Below, piece after piece: positions 37,631 through 51,379 of a stretch of 64,000 nucleotides of DNA (positions within the stretch are counted from its first letter, which is position 1; each line of letters starts with the position of its first letter). The notes below the pieces were generated by a model. That model saw nothing but the letters and a program-made list of their open reading frames with translations, did no database searches and was not told the origin of the DNA. Position numbers and translations under genes: made by a program. This stretch comes from Felis catus (Eukaryota), in contig NC_058369.1 in the NCBI RefSeq assembly GCF_018350175.1, forward strand, positions 111,352,001 through 111,416,000, given 5' to 3'.

Positions 37631-38025
37631 ATTATACAACTTTTTAAAATTTGAAAGTTCAGTTTTATTCTGGCACAAGAAAGTAGCAGTCACTAACTTG
37701 TGCAGATCAAAAAAAGAATTTTAATCAATAATATTGATAACTAAGAACTTTTCTCAAAGCTACAATATGTTACTGAAAGATTCTTGATTAACACTGCAAC
37801 TGATCCTTTTTAGATGATTTAAAGTTGCCTTTTGAGCTATATACTAATGATTGTGATTTCCTTTGAGAAAGGTATCCAATTTTTAAATAATGCATCTCTT
37901 AATTTTATTTTTTTCTTAATCTTAAACATAAGATCAAGATCCTAAAAGATGATATGAGATGCTTATTTGTCTATGATTTGAGAATCTTATTCCCTACCCA
38001 AGAAGACAGTTGGCTTATAAAGTAA

Positions 38026-38150
38026 TTATATATATATACACATATATATACATACATATATGTATGTATGTATGTATGTATATATATATATATATATACA
38101 CATTAACGTATGTATGCATGTATATGTATCTATGTGTGTGTATATGTGTA
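38026..38150 (+). repeat. Compound (TA)n/(TATG)n microsatellite
   Basis: Direct reading. Confidence 0.92.
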
Positions 38151-38187
38151 ACACAACTTGACATGTAAAGATGAGAACTATTTACAC

Positions 38188-38402
38188 TTTTTTTAATGTT
38201 TATTTATTTTTTGAGAGAGAGAGAGAGAGAGAGAGAGTGTGAGCAGGGAGGGGCAGAGAGAGAGGAAGACACAGAATCTGAAGCAGGCTCCAGGCTCTGA
38301 GCTGTCAGCACAAAGCCTGACTCAAGGCTCAAACCCACAAGCTATGAGATCATGACCTGAGCTGAAGGCAGATGTTTAACTGACTGAGCCACCAGGTGCC
38401 CC
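38188..38402 (-). mobile_element. CAN-SINE (SINEC_Fc-like)
   Basis: TSD agaactatttacactt / agaaatatttacactt. Confidence 0.93.
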
Positions 38403-38594
38403 TAGAAATATTTACACTTATTATTGACAGCTATCAGGCAGGTAGACCAATATTGAATGTCCATTTTATTTTTTAATTTCTTTTTTTTTCTTTATATCTC
38501 ACATAATTTCCTTCAAAATTATAACTGGTTGGGGGGGGAAGGCTTGTTGGATGTTTAAAAAGTCAAGTGAGTGGTGACTTAGCATTTTTAAAAA

Positions 38595-38888
38595 ATTTAT
38601 TTTATTTTATTTAAATCCAAGTTAGTTAACATGTAGCGTAACAATGGTTTCAGGAGTACAATTTAATGATTCATCACTTACATATAACACCCAGGGTTCA
38701 TCCCAACAAGTGCCCTCCTTAATGCCCATTGCCCATTTATCCCATCCCCACACCCAACACCCCTCTAGCAACCCTCAGTTTGTTCTCTGTATTTAAGAGC
38801 CTCTTATGGTTTGTCTTCCTCTCTGTTTTTATCTTATTTGTCCTTCCCTTACCCTACGTTCATCTGTTTTGTGTCTTAAATTCCACTC
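38595..38888 (-). mobile_element. 5'-truncated carnivore L1 3' end (~300 bp)
   Basis: gattcatcacttacatataacacccag...caagtgccctccttaatgcccat...gcaaccctcagtttgttctctgtatttaagag; TSD ttagcatttttaaa / taagcatttttaaa. Confidence 0.85.
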
Positions 38889-41800
38889 AATTAAGCATTT
38901 TTAAACCAAGATTGACAAATAGATTTCTACCTAAAGGTGGGAGATGGAAGAAACACAATCTGTGCTGACGGTGTTTTTGATATTTCTCATGAGTGAAAAT
39001 AATACAACTAAGTCAGTAACAAAATGTATGCAAAAACAGTGTCTTCTAGTATTTAAAGTATTATAGAAAGCAATATTAAAAATAGTACAGAAAGACAAAA
39101 TTTTATTATTGGCAGGGATATTAGATAATGATAATAGCAATAATAAAAAGTAGTATGTATTAAGATTTAATTAAATGCCATACACAGTGCCCAGTATTTT
39201 ACATCGGTTGATCACCAGCTCTTAATTACAGATGATGAAATGGTGGCTTCAAAATAGCGAAACAGTTGCCTTCGGTCAGACTTTTAGAAAACGGCCGAGT
39301 TCAGATTCCAACCCCAGTTCAAATGTGCGGAAGTTCAGAGAGTACTTGGAGCCTCCCTGCCAACTGATGGTAGTAATATTGTCACTGACCCTAGGATCTG
39401 ACATAGATCGCTGGATAAAGTCAAACTATACCTCCTTCATCTTCAAACCAGGGAGCCAATTATTACTCTTTTAATTGTTCAACCAACTCCTTCTTACTCC
39501 TCCCAATTATTTTGAGGAACATGTGCTAGCGCTTATAAAAAGAAAAGTCAAAAGTGAAAAACAAACTCATAGGAGTCAGAAAGTCATTGTATGAGTTGGC
39601 ATCGCAGTTGTGGCCCTGTTGTTTTCTTTATACTAAATACCTTCCATATCATCTTTTAATTCATCCATTTAACTGTGGTGCAGAAAACTTAGTGGTCATG
39701 GCTTAGAAGACATGCAAAATGTCATTTATGGGATACTCAGCTTTTTAATACTAAGTATTACTTTAGTAATACTAAATTTTGATACAAAATTTACTTTATT
39801 TACTGTTTGTTTTTGATTTATGATATATGTTCATTCACTTTGCCTCTTTGTATATATAGAAAACACAAATTTAAATCTTAAACTTACCATGAGTTCTTTC
39901 CAGTTGGCTCACATATCCTTAACCTGCCCAGTAGATTGTGCAGTTTTAATTCTGTCTACTAACATTTATACAAAATTGTTTCCTCCCTCCTATTAATAAT
40001 TACAGTAAAACACTAGATTTAAAAGAAAGGCTGGGACCCTCTCTCCTTTATATGTAAAGAATCTACTCATAAAATAATCTTAACTAAGCTAGTTTAAATC
40101 TTCATTTCTATGTTTGTTACTTACTTATACATCCATAACATGCAGGGCATTGTTTTAGGTGTTGGATATGATCCTGCCTTACTCCTATAAGCTTATAATC
40201 TGGTAAAAGGAGGATAAGTCACATACACAAATAATTAGATAAAAGATGGTAGGTTTATATGATAGCTACAGATATAATAGTACATTGGGAGAGCATATGT
40301 CTATAACTACTTAAAGAATGAATTTTCCAAATGCCCTGTGATTTAATGTAAATAGTTAATGAATACCTATGCTTTCCAACCCTATTCATTTAGCTTTGTT
40401 AATGTTTTTTCTGTATGTACACATTTCCTAGGTCAACACATTTTCCATCACAAGCAGTAAGCTATGCAATGTACAAGCTAGGAAGTATCCTAGCTCAATT
40501 GCTTTCACTAGTTACAACTTAAATAAATTTTCCACTCAACTCACTGGTCATGCTGGTTCCCTTTGTGTGTATTTGCATGCGAAACAATAGACTAGCTTAA
40601 GATTTTTTTGAAACAACAGATTTTCAAAGATGTAAGCCTTAATTATGACAGTATGTTTAAATTATAATTGATACTATCATAGAACTCCCATTAATGAGAA
40701 AGAAATTTCTATCCTGGGGTAAATAACACCTGTGCTATTCAAAATTACTTCAGTGAATTTTTAATTTGGTTTTACAAATCCAGGCATTTCATCAGATATA
40801 ATGTACTATTATTTTGGCAATATAGTCAGTATTCAGGTATCTTTAATATTCACTGAGAAAACTTTTTGGTATAAAGAGAACAGATCAAGAGGGTGACCTC
40901 AAAGGCCTAAAGGCTAATTAATGGCCTAAGATAGGCTGACTCAAAAATGAATAGGAATTCAGAATGGGAGGGAAGAGGGGAAGCTGGGTATTTTTTCAGG
41001 GCTTCACAGATGGATGGACATATTTTATTTTGTTTTCTCACAAGGGAGATGTTTAGCTCAATTGTATGTTGAGGTGTGGTCTCTTGTAATAAAGATTGTT
41101 TTAGTCTTTATGCAATAAATTTTCCCCATTACCTAGTGTAAAGTTTGGCTAGATACTCTTTATAGAGTTTTTCCACGATATAATGTATAAAGGAGAGAGG
41201 TGGCTATCAGATTTCCCTTTATAAGCTAACTAAAACCGTAGAAACCCCACAAATAGGCTATACAGTTTGCAAATTGAATGAAAATTATGATATACATATA
41301 TATACATATATAACATTTATATGAACTGACTATATATATGAGCTTTTTTATGTGTACGTACATACACACATACACATTATGTATGTTGTGATACATGTAT
41401 ATGATATGTATTATGCAATAATGTGTACTTTTGCGTGTATACTGTTGAGAGTACTCTCTCTTTTTCTAGTCATTGTTTTGACATTACCCTATTATTAATT
41501 CCCTTAGTTTGTTATCAACAAGAGAACAATTAGATTTCAAAAGCAACACCAAGGAGTATCATATTCTCAGCAAGAAAAGGAAGAGGGAAAAATGCTATTA
41601 TATAAAGCTACCAATGACATTTTCCTTTACAGGAAATGCTTTTCTGTACACTTTCTAAATAATGAGTGCTCCATTTTAGTGTACTTATATACAAACTCTG
41701 TGAATAATATGTACAAAAGATGATTTGCTTAACTCCAATTCCAGTCACATGCTTAAATAAATTATTTTTGAAATGTTACCACATGTGTTCACATATATTG

Positions 41801-44800
41801 CTGATAAAAGCTAACTCGTGAATGATTTGTGTATGGTCTCTCACAATTTACCTTTCCTTATTTTGATATTGAAGTCTGGGCTCACCTAAGAGCACATCAC
41901 TTCTTCCTGCTTACTTCTTTCTAAATTCCCCTCTCCCAATACAAAATTACATACCCCATAAGTCCTTTCAAACAGGAGATAATCAGTTAGACAGCTTGAT
42001 GCCACTGTTTCCACTGAAAAACTAGAAGAAGCACACATCCAGGAGAAATGTCTTTCAGTTTATCTTTAAATTGGAGCAGGGCAGAGGTCACTAGCTGAAA
42101 GGAAGTCAAAATGACAAGGACCCTAACAGTTGCAAAGAAAGGTTAAGACAAGTAAATATCTTTCTATAAGACACTTGGACTGTTGTTAGCTACCTGGCAC
42201 AGACCATTTTCCAATGAAATAAATTCAAACCTCGCTGACTTAGTAAAAGTAAGGGAAAATTAGTCTAACTTAATGGAAGTCTCAGTTATAGTCTACTTTA
42301 AAAGTGATTTCATCTTATTTCTTCTAAACCTGCATTCTCTCACATAAATTAAAACTAATATGTAGGAGGAGCTAAATTAAAACTATGGTTCACACCGTAT
42401 TTTACATTGAAAAAATAAACATAAATACCATTAATTAAAATGGGTTGCTAGAGCCTGTCTGAACCTCTAGGAAGAAATCCTTAATTTGGATCTGGGGGAA
42501 CTTCCTGTTCTAAACATTGTAACAAGTTCTCCCATGAGTGTATTTTCTTCTCTCACTGTAGAATAAATAATGAGTTTTTAAACTAAGACATGGGAGACAG
42601 TAGAGACATTTCAGAGAGACTTCTATGGACTCCATTACAATTTTCAAAATTCAGAAATTTTGAATTTTCATAAGTTTTTTTAGTAGGATATGGCTGAGAG
42701 GCAATGTCACAAGGATCGATGGTAATTGCTGCAGAAGATTATAAAGGGTCAGGGTGGAACGATTCAAATGTGGAGAAAAAAATAATTATAACCAAAGGAT
42801 CCCAACAGAAATGTTTTAGAAAAATGTACTGAAAGTCGTTTAACCAAAGGAAACTGCTTGATATTCTTAGGTTTTCGCACTAAGGATAAAGTTTTCTTGG
42901 TTTATGGTTTTACAACAGTGTTGGTGCTAGCCAAATTTGGCCAGCCATAGTAGCAATAAGGACTAGTGCTTAGCCTGATGGATTTATGGTTCGTGTTTTG
43001 CCTACCAGCTTTAGGATCATCAACAGCATAGTCTCCTTTGATTTAAACTGGATATTGTTGATTTGGTTCATGGTATATTTTTCTGTGGCTACAGCTAAAT
43101 TAAAATAAGCATTTTAAATGTAATTGTCAACTATATCTAGGGAGATGGAATAATCCAAATTGTCTAAATTTTATTAAGAAATGGAATCACGTTGTTGCAT
43201 ATATCATTTAAGAGAGGACACAAATTCCATCATAAAGTGTTTAAGACCTTCTTTCGTGGGTAATTTTATCACCTTATCAAGATTTATTGACATCAAACAG
43301 TGGTATTTCATTAAATGGGCTGAACATTGTTACAAAAGGCGTTGAGATAGTGCCTGGAATGAGGCATCATGCTCGGTAAGTGGGCCTGACAGTCCAGTTC
43401 CTACCTGCGTGTTGCTGCCTGTGTTTCACTCTTTCTGATGGTAACAGAGGAGGTTTTCATTCGTACTTCATATTAAGAAGGCCAGATGTGAACTGAAGTA
43501 CATTTTGGCTTTTGAGGGTACATAGTAAGGAGCCACTACTGGTAACAATACATTGAAATGACATGGCTTCACTTTGCATTCATAGAACTCAAATATTTGC
43601 AAACTGTTTCTAGATTGTATGATAAGAATATTATTTTTCTTTTGACCAGAAAGTGATATCTTTGAACTTTTGACTCTCCTTTGCATACTGAGGCTAAGAA
43701 GGTGGCCATAAGCATAATAACTTTATAGCCAGTTCATTCCTGTGGAGCAACAACTCCCTCCAGATATGTCTCTAATGTTGGCAGAAGTCTATGTCTGTGC
43801 TCTCATCCTCACCTAGAACTCTATATTCTTGCTGCTGTTCTGAAAGTGAGAAGGAGCCCTCTATTTTCAATCAAGTCAAATTGCTAAAGTACCACTCATG
43901 CAAAAAATATTGCTATAATATATACTCTGCATTGCTTTTTTCCTTGAGAAGAGACTATTGCAATTATTTAGAGAGAAATTGCTCTTTAAAGTTGAACAAA
44001 GAGAACGTAATATAAATAATTTTCCAAACAAGACATGGAGTGTACAACTAGCATATTTTGGCACTGTGCCTTTTTTTCCCTATTAAAATATATATCACAC
44101 TTGCTAATAGAGTTGTTTAATTTCCTAAGTGAGGGTATTCTTCTCACTTAGGTGAGGTATATGTTCATGTGATCTTGTGGGATGTGATTATAGTCTTCCA
44201 CTAAGGAATTCTAAAGAGAACAAACAAATTGCTGATATTATCAGATATTTGTTTAATGCATATTTATTTATGAATGACTTTTGTGGAATTCTCCTATCTT
44301 GGAGAATTATGAGAAAAACGGTCACTTTACTTGGGTTGCAGTAATTTCACATGCGTAGCAAGCAGGACTTCTGGGAGATCTGAAAGACAGCAAACCATTC
44401 AGATCACGTTGTGAATTTGAATTAATTTTCTGCATGACAGGGTTACATTCATTTTCTGATAGTAAAAGATTCTCCTCAATGTGAGGGTGTAATATGCCCC
44501 CATTAATGCTAATAGATAACCGAGATGACCCAGAAGCTTGAGTATGTTTTCCAAAAGCTCTTCTGATGGGTGAGTCACTTTGTATTACTCATTCTGACCT
44601 TACATTCATTTTAGTGCCAAAGGGTAGAAGGACTGAAGTGAACAGAAACTAAATTATATGCTGTTTTTTTTGTGGGCTATTAAAACCTTGTTAGTGTGAG
44701 ACAGAAGGAGTTGTTTGGTAGTTTTTGGTTTGGTAGAACTTAACTTATAGGTAGAGGGGAGGAAACCATAGAGCATCTCTGATATAAACGCTGATCTCCA

Positions 44801-47800
44801 ACTGCTCTTTGAGTTTCTTTTGGTTGTTTCCACATTTATCTTTGATTAGTATTTTAACATGTATGCACTCTTCATCTAATCTGTGTGTTATAATGGCAGT
44901 CCTTTAGACTGGATAGTGATCTAGATAAAATTAGCCTATCAAATGTGCTCAATTTTCCATGCTAGGGAGAATTCAAGTTAACATAGTCTGCAGTGATCCA
45001 AGATCAAAGCATCAGGGTTGCTAATGCTGAGTAGAACATCTTGATCCTGATCAAGTTACATGACCTAGACATACCAGAGAAGCCATGAAAGAGTTTCACC
45101 AAAAAAGACCAATTTGTGCAACACAATGTAAGGGGAAGGGGGTGGATTTTGCAGTGATCACATCTTGTGTTTGAACATGACTTGGCCACTCGGTCGTCCT
45201 GAGACCTCTTAAACTCTGAGTCTCAAGTCCCCTCTCTAGGAGACAGAGTTGATAACATCCATCTCCCAAGGTCAAAAGTGAGCTTTAAAAGGACAGCATA
45301 TTTCAGGTCCTTTCACAGAGTAGATACCCTGTATGGTAACTGCATGTTGGAAAGGAATGAAGTATCTTTTCTCTTAAGATCTCATGAAGTAGAAAGGCTG
45401 GATGACTTTCAAAAGAATTTTCTCAACTGCATTTTGAAATATCGGTCCAAAGAGACATTCTCTGGGCAGATGAATTTTGGAAGCTCTGCAATTTATGTAA
45501 ACTTTTGGGAGACACCCAATGGACTTTAGAAAATTAATGGTTCTGAGAAGTCCTGCAACAAAGCAACTTACTTCTTTTGTTTAACCTGACATTAAAAATA
45601 GGACCATGACATTTTTTCAAATGTTGCTGTTCTACTGAACATACTTTTTGAACCCCTGACCTAGGACATTGAGCTCCTCAATCCTAGTCTTTAGGCAGTG
45701 AACAGCTGAAGTGAAATGTAATCTATAACATACCATCTCTCTTAAGTGTTTTATGGCATGTAGGAAAAAAGAAGATTTGGGTCTAAGTCCATTTATCTTG
45801 GGCAAAGTTTGGTATTCCTTGTTAATATCTCATTACAGAGACGTTGTGGGCCAAAGACAATTAATGGAGATCTGGTTAGTATACAATATTTTCTCGGTAT
45901 GGTGTGGCTAAATTTGATTGTTTGCTAGTCTTATAGATAAAAAGGGCACCTAAAGCATCCAGATCTGACAGTCTGGTATCTTTTGCAAGTAATTTATAAA
46001 GTTACCTATTTATAGTTTATCTTAAAAAGGGAAGTGCATCATTTGGGTACTGATAAATAATGAAATTTTTTTGTCCTACCAATTTTTGGGGAAAAAAAAA
46101 AACTACATTATAGTCAGATGTTTGCAGTGAAGAAAATAGCCATATTCATTATCTGATGATAAATATGTTTTCAATATGATGTTTTATATACTAATTCTTT
46201 GGACCTTTAATTTTTATATTGTGATAAAATGCAAACTAGTTTATTTTTATATAATAGCTAAGAATGAAAACAAGATCAACTTAGATATTATTAAGGCCCT
46301 TGCACCCATAGGAAACAATATGTAGCAATAAGGGTCATATCTGATACTAACTTGTAAAAAGAGAGACAACCAAACCAGTCAAATATATATTTATTTCTAT
46401 TTAGCCTATTGCAACATATTCCTAATAGTTATTAGGATTCATACATTAAAACTAAGAAGATTATTTTATTATTATGTACAAGAAATTGTTTTTAATGGGA
46501 GAAGAGATTCAATTTAAGAATTCTAATTGAATTACTGAGAAAGCATAATACCATTCAATTTTCAGAAGGTCAATATGTCTTTATAGGATTATGTGGTGCA
46601 ACTCTTTCAACTAAATGTTCATTATTAGAAAAGAAAGTAACATAGCTTACTTTTAAAGAGAAAAATAAAAAATCCTCTCCCCCCACCCCCACCAGCATAG
46701 GGAGGAGGGAGAAGGAGAAGAATGGGAAAGAATGGATGCTTCTAGTCTAACAGCAGCACAAATTGATTAGTTGTCCAGTAGGGGCTGCTCATAGAGCAGG
46801 GAGGCCGATTCTTCTAGTTACGTGATGCAGACTTCAAGGAGACTGAAATTTCAAGGCCATTCCAATGTGTGTAATTGAAATAACCTCTTCATACACTCCT
46901 GAAGTGACCCGGCCTCTGATATTTACTGTAATAAAATAGTATGTGTAAAATTAAGGAATCACTAAATAAGTAATTTGCATCTTGTCATCTGCCATAAAAT
47001 GAAATTTTACTAACCACATTTAAAATGTTCCTATGCATCAGTGAGGGGAACCCATAACTACATTTCCAAACAGAATCAAAATGTTGTTAAACTCTTTTTA
47101 AACACAGATTTAGAGAATGAAATTGAGGGTAGTAAACTAGTAGCCAACTAAAGCAAAACAGATTGGAATGTTGGTAACCAATTGCACACATAGGATCCAA
47201 GCAAAACATCTTGAATTGCTAGTACCATAATAAATTATAGTTTTCACGTTTGTATTTTGCAAGTGAAAACAGCACTAAGTCAAGCTTGTGAAATAAAGAC
47301 GAAATGATGACATTTTTAATTCGCCTACACCTACCATGACTGGGTAGACCTACTGCATCATGTAATAAATTGGGTAACAGAGACCAAATTAAGAAGTAAA
47401 GGCTTTATTTTTCAAAGTAAAGGCAAACAGACACTCCATAGCCAAAGTGCCATTGCAGATGGGAGAAAATGACTGAGGAAGGCAAAGGATTAATTGTCAC
47501 AAAGAATCTAATGAGCTCTGATTATTTCTCCTTTCTTTGCCTCTCTCTGCTCACAAGAAGACCCATACCATATTCACCACCCAAGGGGCTGCAGTGTCAC
47601 TTTCTTCAGAGTTAATTTTCTCTAACATAAGGAGATAAAAGGCTGGATGGGGTTAGTTTCCTGGGAGTGTTCAGAGGGCAAGAAATGGTCAAGAACTGGT
47701 TTATCTCCAAACTTCATTAGACTATTAGATAACTGATGCAGGGGACCCCAATTAACGTAAAGAATGAGGGACTTCTGAGGGATGAGAGTCAGTCCTCACA

Positions 47801-48728
47801 ATGATGGAACTTGGCCTCCTGCTTCAGAAAGGAGATTCACAAATCCCCTTCGTGGAGCGGCACTCTCCTGAGTGGAGAGGATGGGTTGATTTATTTCTCT
47901 ATGGTGTCCTGGAGTGTATCTGCCCTGATTGACTCCCTTGATCTTGACATCAGTCACTTTGGAGTCAAGATAATGAAAACTGCATTAAAGAGGCCCCTTC
48001 AGTTTATGCAAATGGGCTTTTATCTTCAAAGAGGCCTTACCCTTGGGAAGGTTTCTGTGCAATTTAAAAGTATTAATAAAAGAAAACATGTTCAGTATAT
48101 CCTTCCTTCTACTCCTTGTTTTCCCTAATTTACGTAGGCATGGGGGTGACATTTTGTTTCTATTGTTATTAAAGTCCTGAACTTTCTTGATCCTTTATCT
48201 AAAGAAGCTAAGTAGTATTTAGTTTGAAGGTTGCTGTATGGGATTACCAAGGACATAAGTGAGGCATAAGTATAATTCTAAACAAAGTCACACATTTTAG
48301 TACTTCTTGGGAATGGATCTCTTGAATCAAGATGAATGGAGGAAACTCAGTCTGGCAAGTCAACAGGTGTCCCATAGGGTGAAAGAGCAAAAGTGATAGC
48401 ATCATTAGCAATTACATCTGCAGATGTACCTTGGGCTACCGGTCAAGTTAGAAAAAAATCTTTTTATGTCTGTACATGGACTCTTTGTGGAGGGAACACG
48501 AGAAAATGCACAGAGGAAATATTGAAATTATGGGTGAGCTTTGTGTTTCCCTATCTTTTCTGCCATGATATTTAACAATATCAACATAAAATTTTCAACA
48601 ATAGATGAGGATTATGTTTACATGATACAGTCCACGTTTACTTAACATTTTAGTAGATTGATTTTTAAAGTGTATGCTTACCCTGAGATACACAGAAGGA
48701 GCCTGTTATACAGCCTAATGACACTTCC

Positions 48729-48949
48729 TTTTTTAAAAAAAATTTTTAAACATTTATTTATTTTTGAGAGACAGAGGAAGAGCTTGAGTAGGGGAGGCGT
48801 AGAGAGAGAAGGAGGCACAGAATCCAAAACAGGCTCCAGGCTCTGAGCTGTCAGCACAGAGCCCGATGTGGGGCTAGAACCCACGAACCATAAGATCATG
48901 ACCTGAGCTGAGGTCAGAGGGTTAACCCACTGAGTCACCCAGGTGCCCC
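48729..48949 (-). mobile_element. CAN-SINE (SINEC_Fc-like)
   Basis: TSD ctaatgacactt / ctagtgacactt. Confidence 0.93.
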
Positions 48950-50459
48950 TAGACTAGTGACACTTTCAGTGGCCAGAATGGGACTTGGAGAGCAATGGTA
49001 AAAGAATGAACAGTTTGCTTGATAATTTCTCTGGTGTTTTCAAAATGTTGCCAATGTTAAAGATACAGGATTTATTTTTACCTTGATGTCAGGTTTGTGT
49101 TCCTTAGCATTCTGAATTTAGAATGAATGGTTGGTTTATGACTATCCAACAGGAGCTTATCCTCACCTGAACTTTCCTTAACAGCAACCAAAAAAAATAA
49201 AAATCAGAGAAGCACAACCTTAAGAATTGTTCCTTATTCTTTTTCTTTCTTTCTTTTTTTTTAAGAAAAATCAGTCGCCTCTCACATTTTTATTTATTTT
49301 CTGGTTAGTATTTGGCATATATTGTACCTAGATAGTAAAATGTTTCTGTATTTCACATGTGACTATTTTGCTGAGTGCACTCAAACTGTAATTTTATTTT
49401 TGAAAGTTAGGATCTATAACATCTTTTCTCCTAACATATACTGCCTAATGAAACATATAGTTAAATGTGATAGGTTGCATTTACCTTTAATATCATTTTT
49501 TTAGATTTTCCTTACTATTTTTCAGTCAGGTGGTGACCATTCACTGGCTATGTTTACATGGTATTCCAAAATGATAATTTCTTTAAACCATTTACTTCAA
49601 ACTAATCACTGAAATAGATTGTCTGCAAAATTGTAATGAGATTATCTTAAACTTCACCACAAATTATAAAACTATGTTATAGTTGCATATTTCCATAATT
49701 CTATGCTGATTCTTGCATAGTATAATAGAGCATATTATATATTGTGTGGCTATATAATGGTTCTATAACCACTATAATGATAAACCTGAGGTCATTCTTA
49801 TGATTACCTGAATAAGGAATCGTATGGCTGCACAATTACAGATGGCATTCACAACATTTAACAACCATTTGGCACAGGCAATGATCAAGTCAGACAGACA
49901 GTGGCAATGGTGATAATCACATGTTCATGGAACGTTGTCAGCTTTGGGCAAGAGATATGATTACAAAATATTTGCTGGAGTTATCATTCTTCCTACAAAC
50001 AAATGAAAACAACTCTGGGGGAGAAACGAATAAAACAAACCAGGAGAGTTCCTTTGCTAGGGAAGACACAAATGCAAGTTCTTAGAGGTAGGCGAAGAGT
50101 ACAAGATTGCCAGAGGAATGCAAAGTCCCAAAAACTGAACATGGAAGAATATCCTTCTGAAAATGGTCTAGCAGCTCCCCTTCAGCAGACTGTAAATCCT
50201 AGAGCAGCTTCTCTGAGATTATGTCAAAGCAGATGTTTATCATGGCAAGGCCTAGCCCATGAGAGAAGGAATCGTTGGCATGTCTTTTACATAAGAGACC
50301 TATGTGCTGTCGTACTCATTCGTGTATTTTCTTCCTCTTTCATTTTTTCAATCAGAAGGCTGCCGTAGTATTTGCAGAAGATTTGGCAAAAACAGACAAG
50401 TATAACAATCACCCATAAGCCCACTACCCAGAAGCAGGACTGTTAACATTTTTCCAAGT

Positions 50460-50590
50460 TTCCTTCTTTTCTCTCTTTCTTTGTATCTCTCTCCTTCCCC
50501 CTCTCCGCTTCTCTCTCCTCCCTCTCTATCCTCCCTCCCTCTCTCTAATTCTTTCTCTCTCCCTCCCTCCTTCTCTGTCTCTTTCTCTAA
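50460..50590 (+). repeat. CT-rich low-complexity tract
   Basis: Direct reading. Confidence 0.88.
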
Positions 50591-51379
50591 TTACCTTGAT
50601 GTTTTGAAAAGATGGCAAATGTTTCTTCTTTCGGATAACATGTAAAGTTTTAGGTATAAATGTCCCCCTCCAACTCCCTTCTGCAGTGCCATCTATATTA
50701 AGACTGTTTAAAGTGGTCAGTCCTTCAGACACTGATATCCTAATGTTTTCAGATACCTATTAATCTGTCCCCTGAGTCACCCAGTTTTGCTCAGTCTTCA
50801 TAGGGCCTGTAAGGAAATTCCTCTCAGGGATCTTGGCATGAGGTGGGAGTCAGCACTCAAGCATTCCTTTCTCTGGTTCAAATGGAATTAAACAGACTTT
50901 TTGGTATGCTTATCATTGCCAGAATTTTCATTTTAGGGTTGAATATCACATGGTGAGTGTGGTCAGTGTTAAAGCCTCGTGTTAGAAAAAAATAATTTTG
51001 AAGGCAGTCGTGAAAGTGTACGGTGAATGCTAAACACCTTATGAACCAATATCGTGAATAATGCTACAATTAGACCTGCTGGGAGATGATGTGTAAACAA
51101 AAATTGTGTGATTATTAAGTCATGGGAGCAGGGGGAAACTTATCCATTATCCTACTCACAGATTATAACCCTGGGAGCAGCAGTTCACTAAGTATATCAA
51201 AAATATTTTTGATTGGAAATTAATACATGCTCAACAAGTTGATAGTGTAAGCTCTGTGCTCCTTCTCTCCCCCTCCACCAAATGCCTAAGTAAACTTTAT
51301 TTTTCAAGTTGAAAGGACCTTCTAAAATTCCTCATTCTTAATGCTCTAAAACGCCCGGGTTCAGAAAATTAAATTACGC

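Noticed and set aside
44124-44152. Perfect 10-bp inverted repeat cctaagtgag / ctcacttagg with a 9-nt loop
   Set aside because: About one such hairpin is expected by chance in 64 kb, and it is too short for a pre-miRNA.
2931-48938. Recurrent 60-120 aa ORFs such as MAQSVKCPTSAQVMVLRFVSSSP... (2931, 3862, 14490, 21526, 25081, 25680, 29059, 48678)
   Set aside because: Translations of CAN-SINE consensus sequence, not a protein family.
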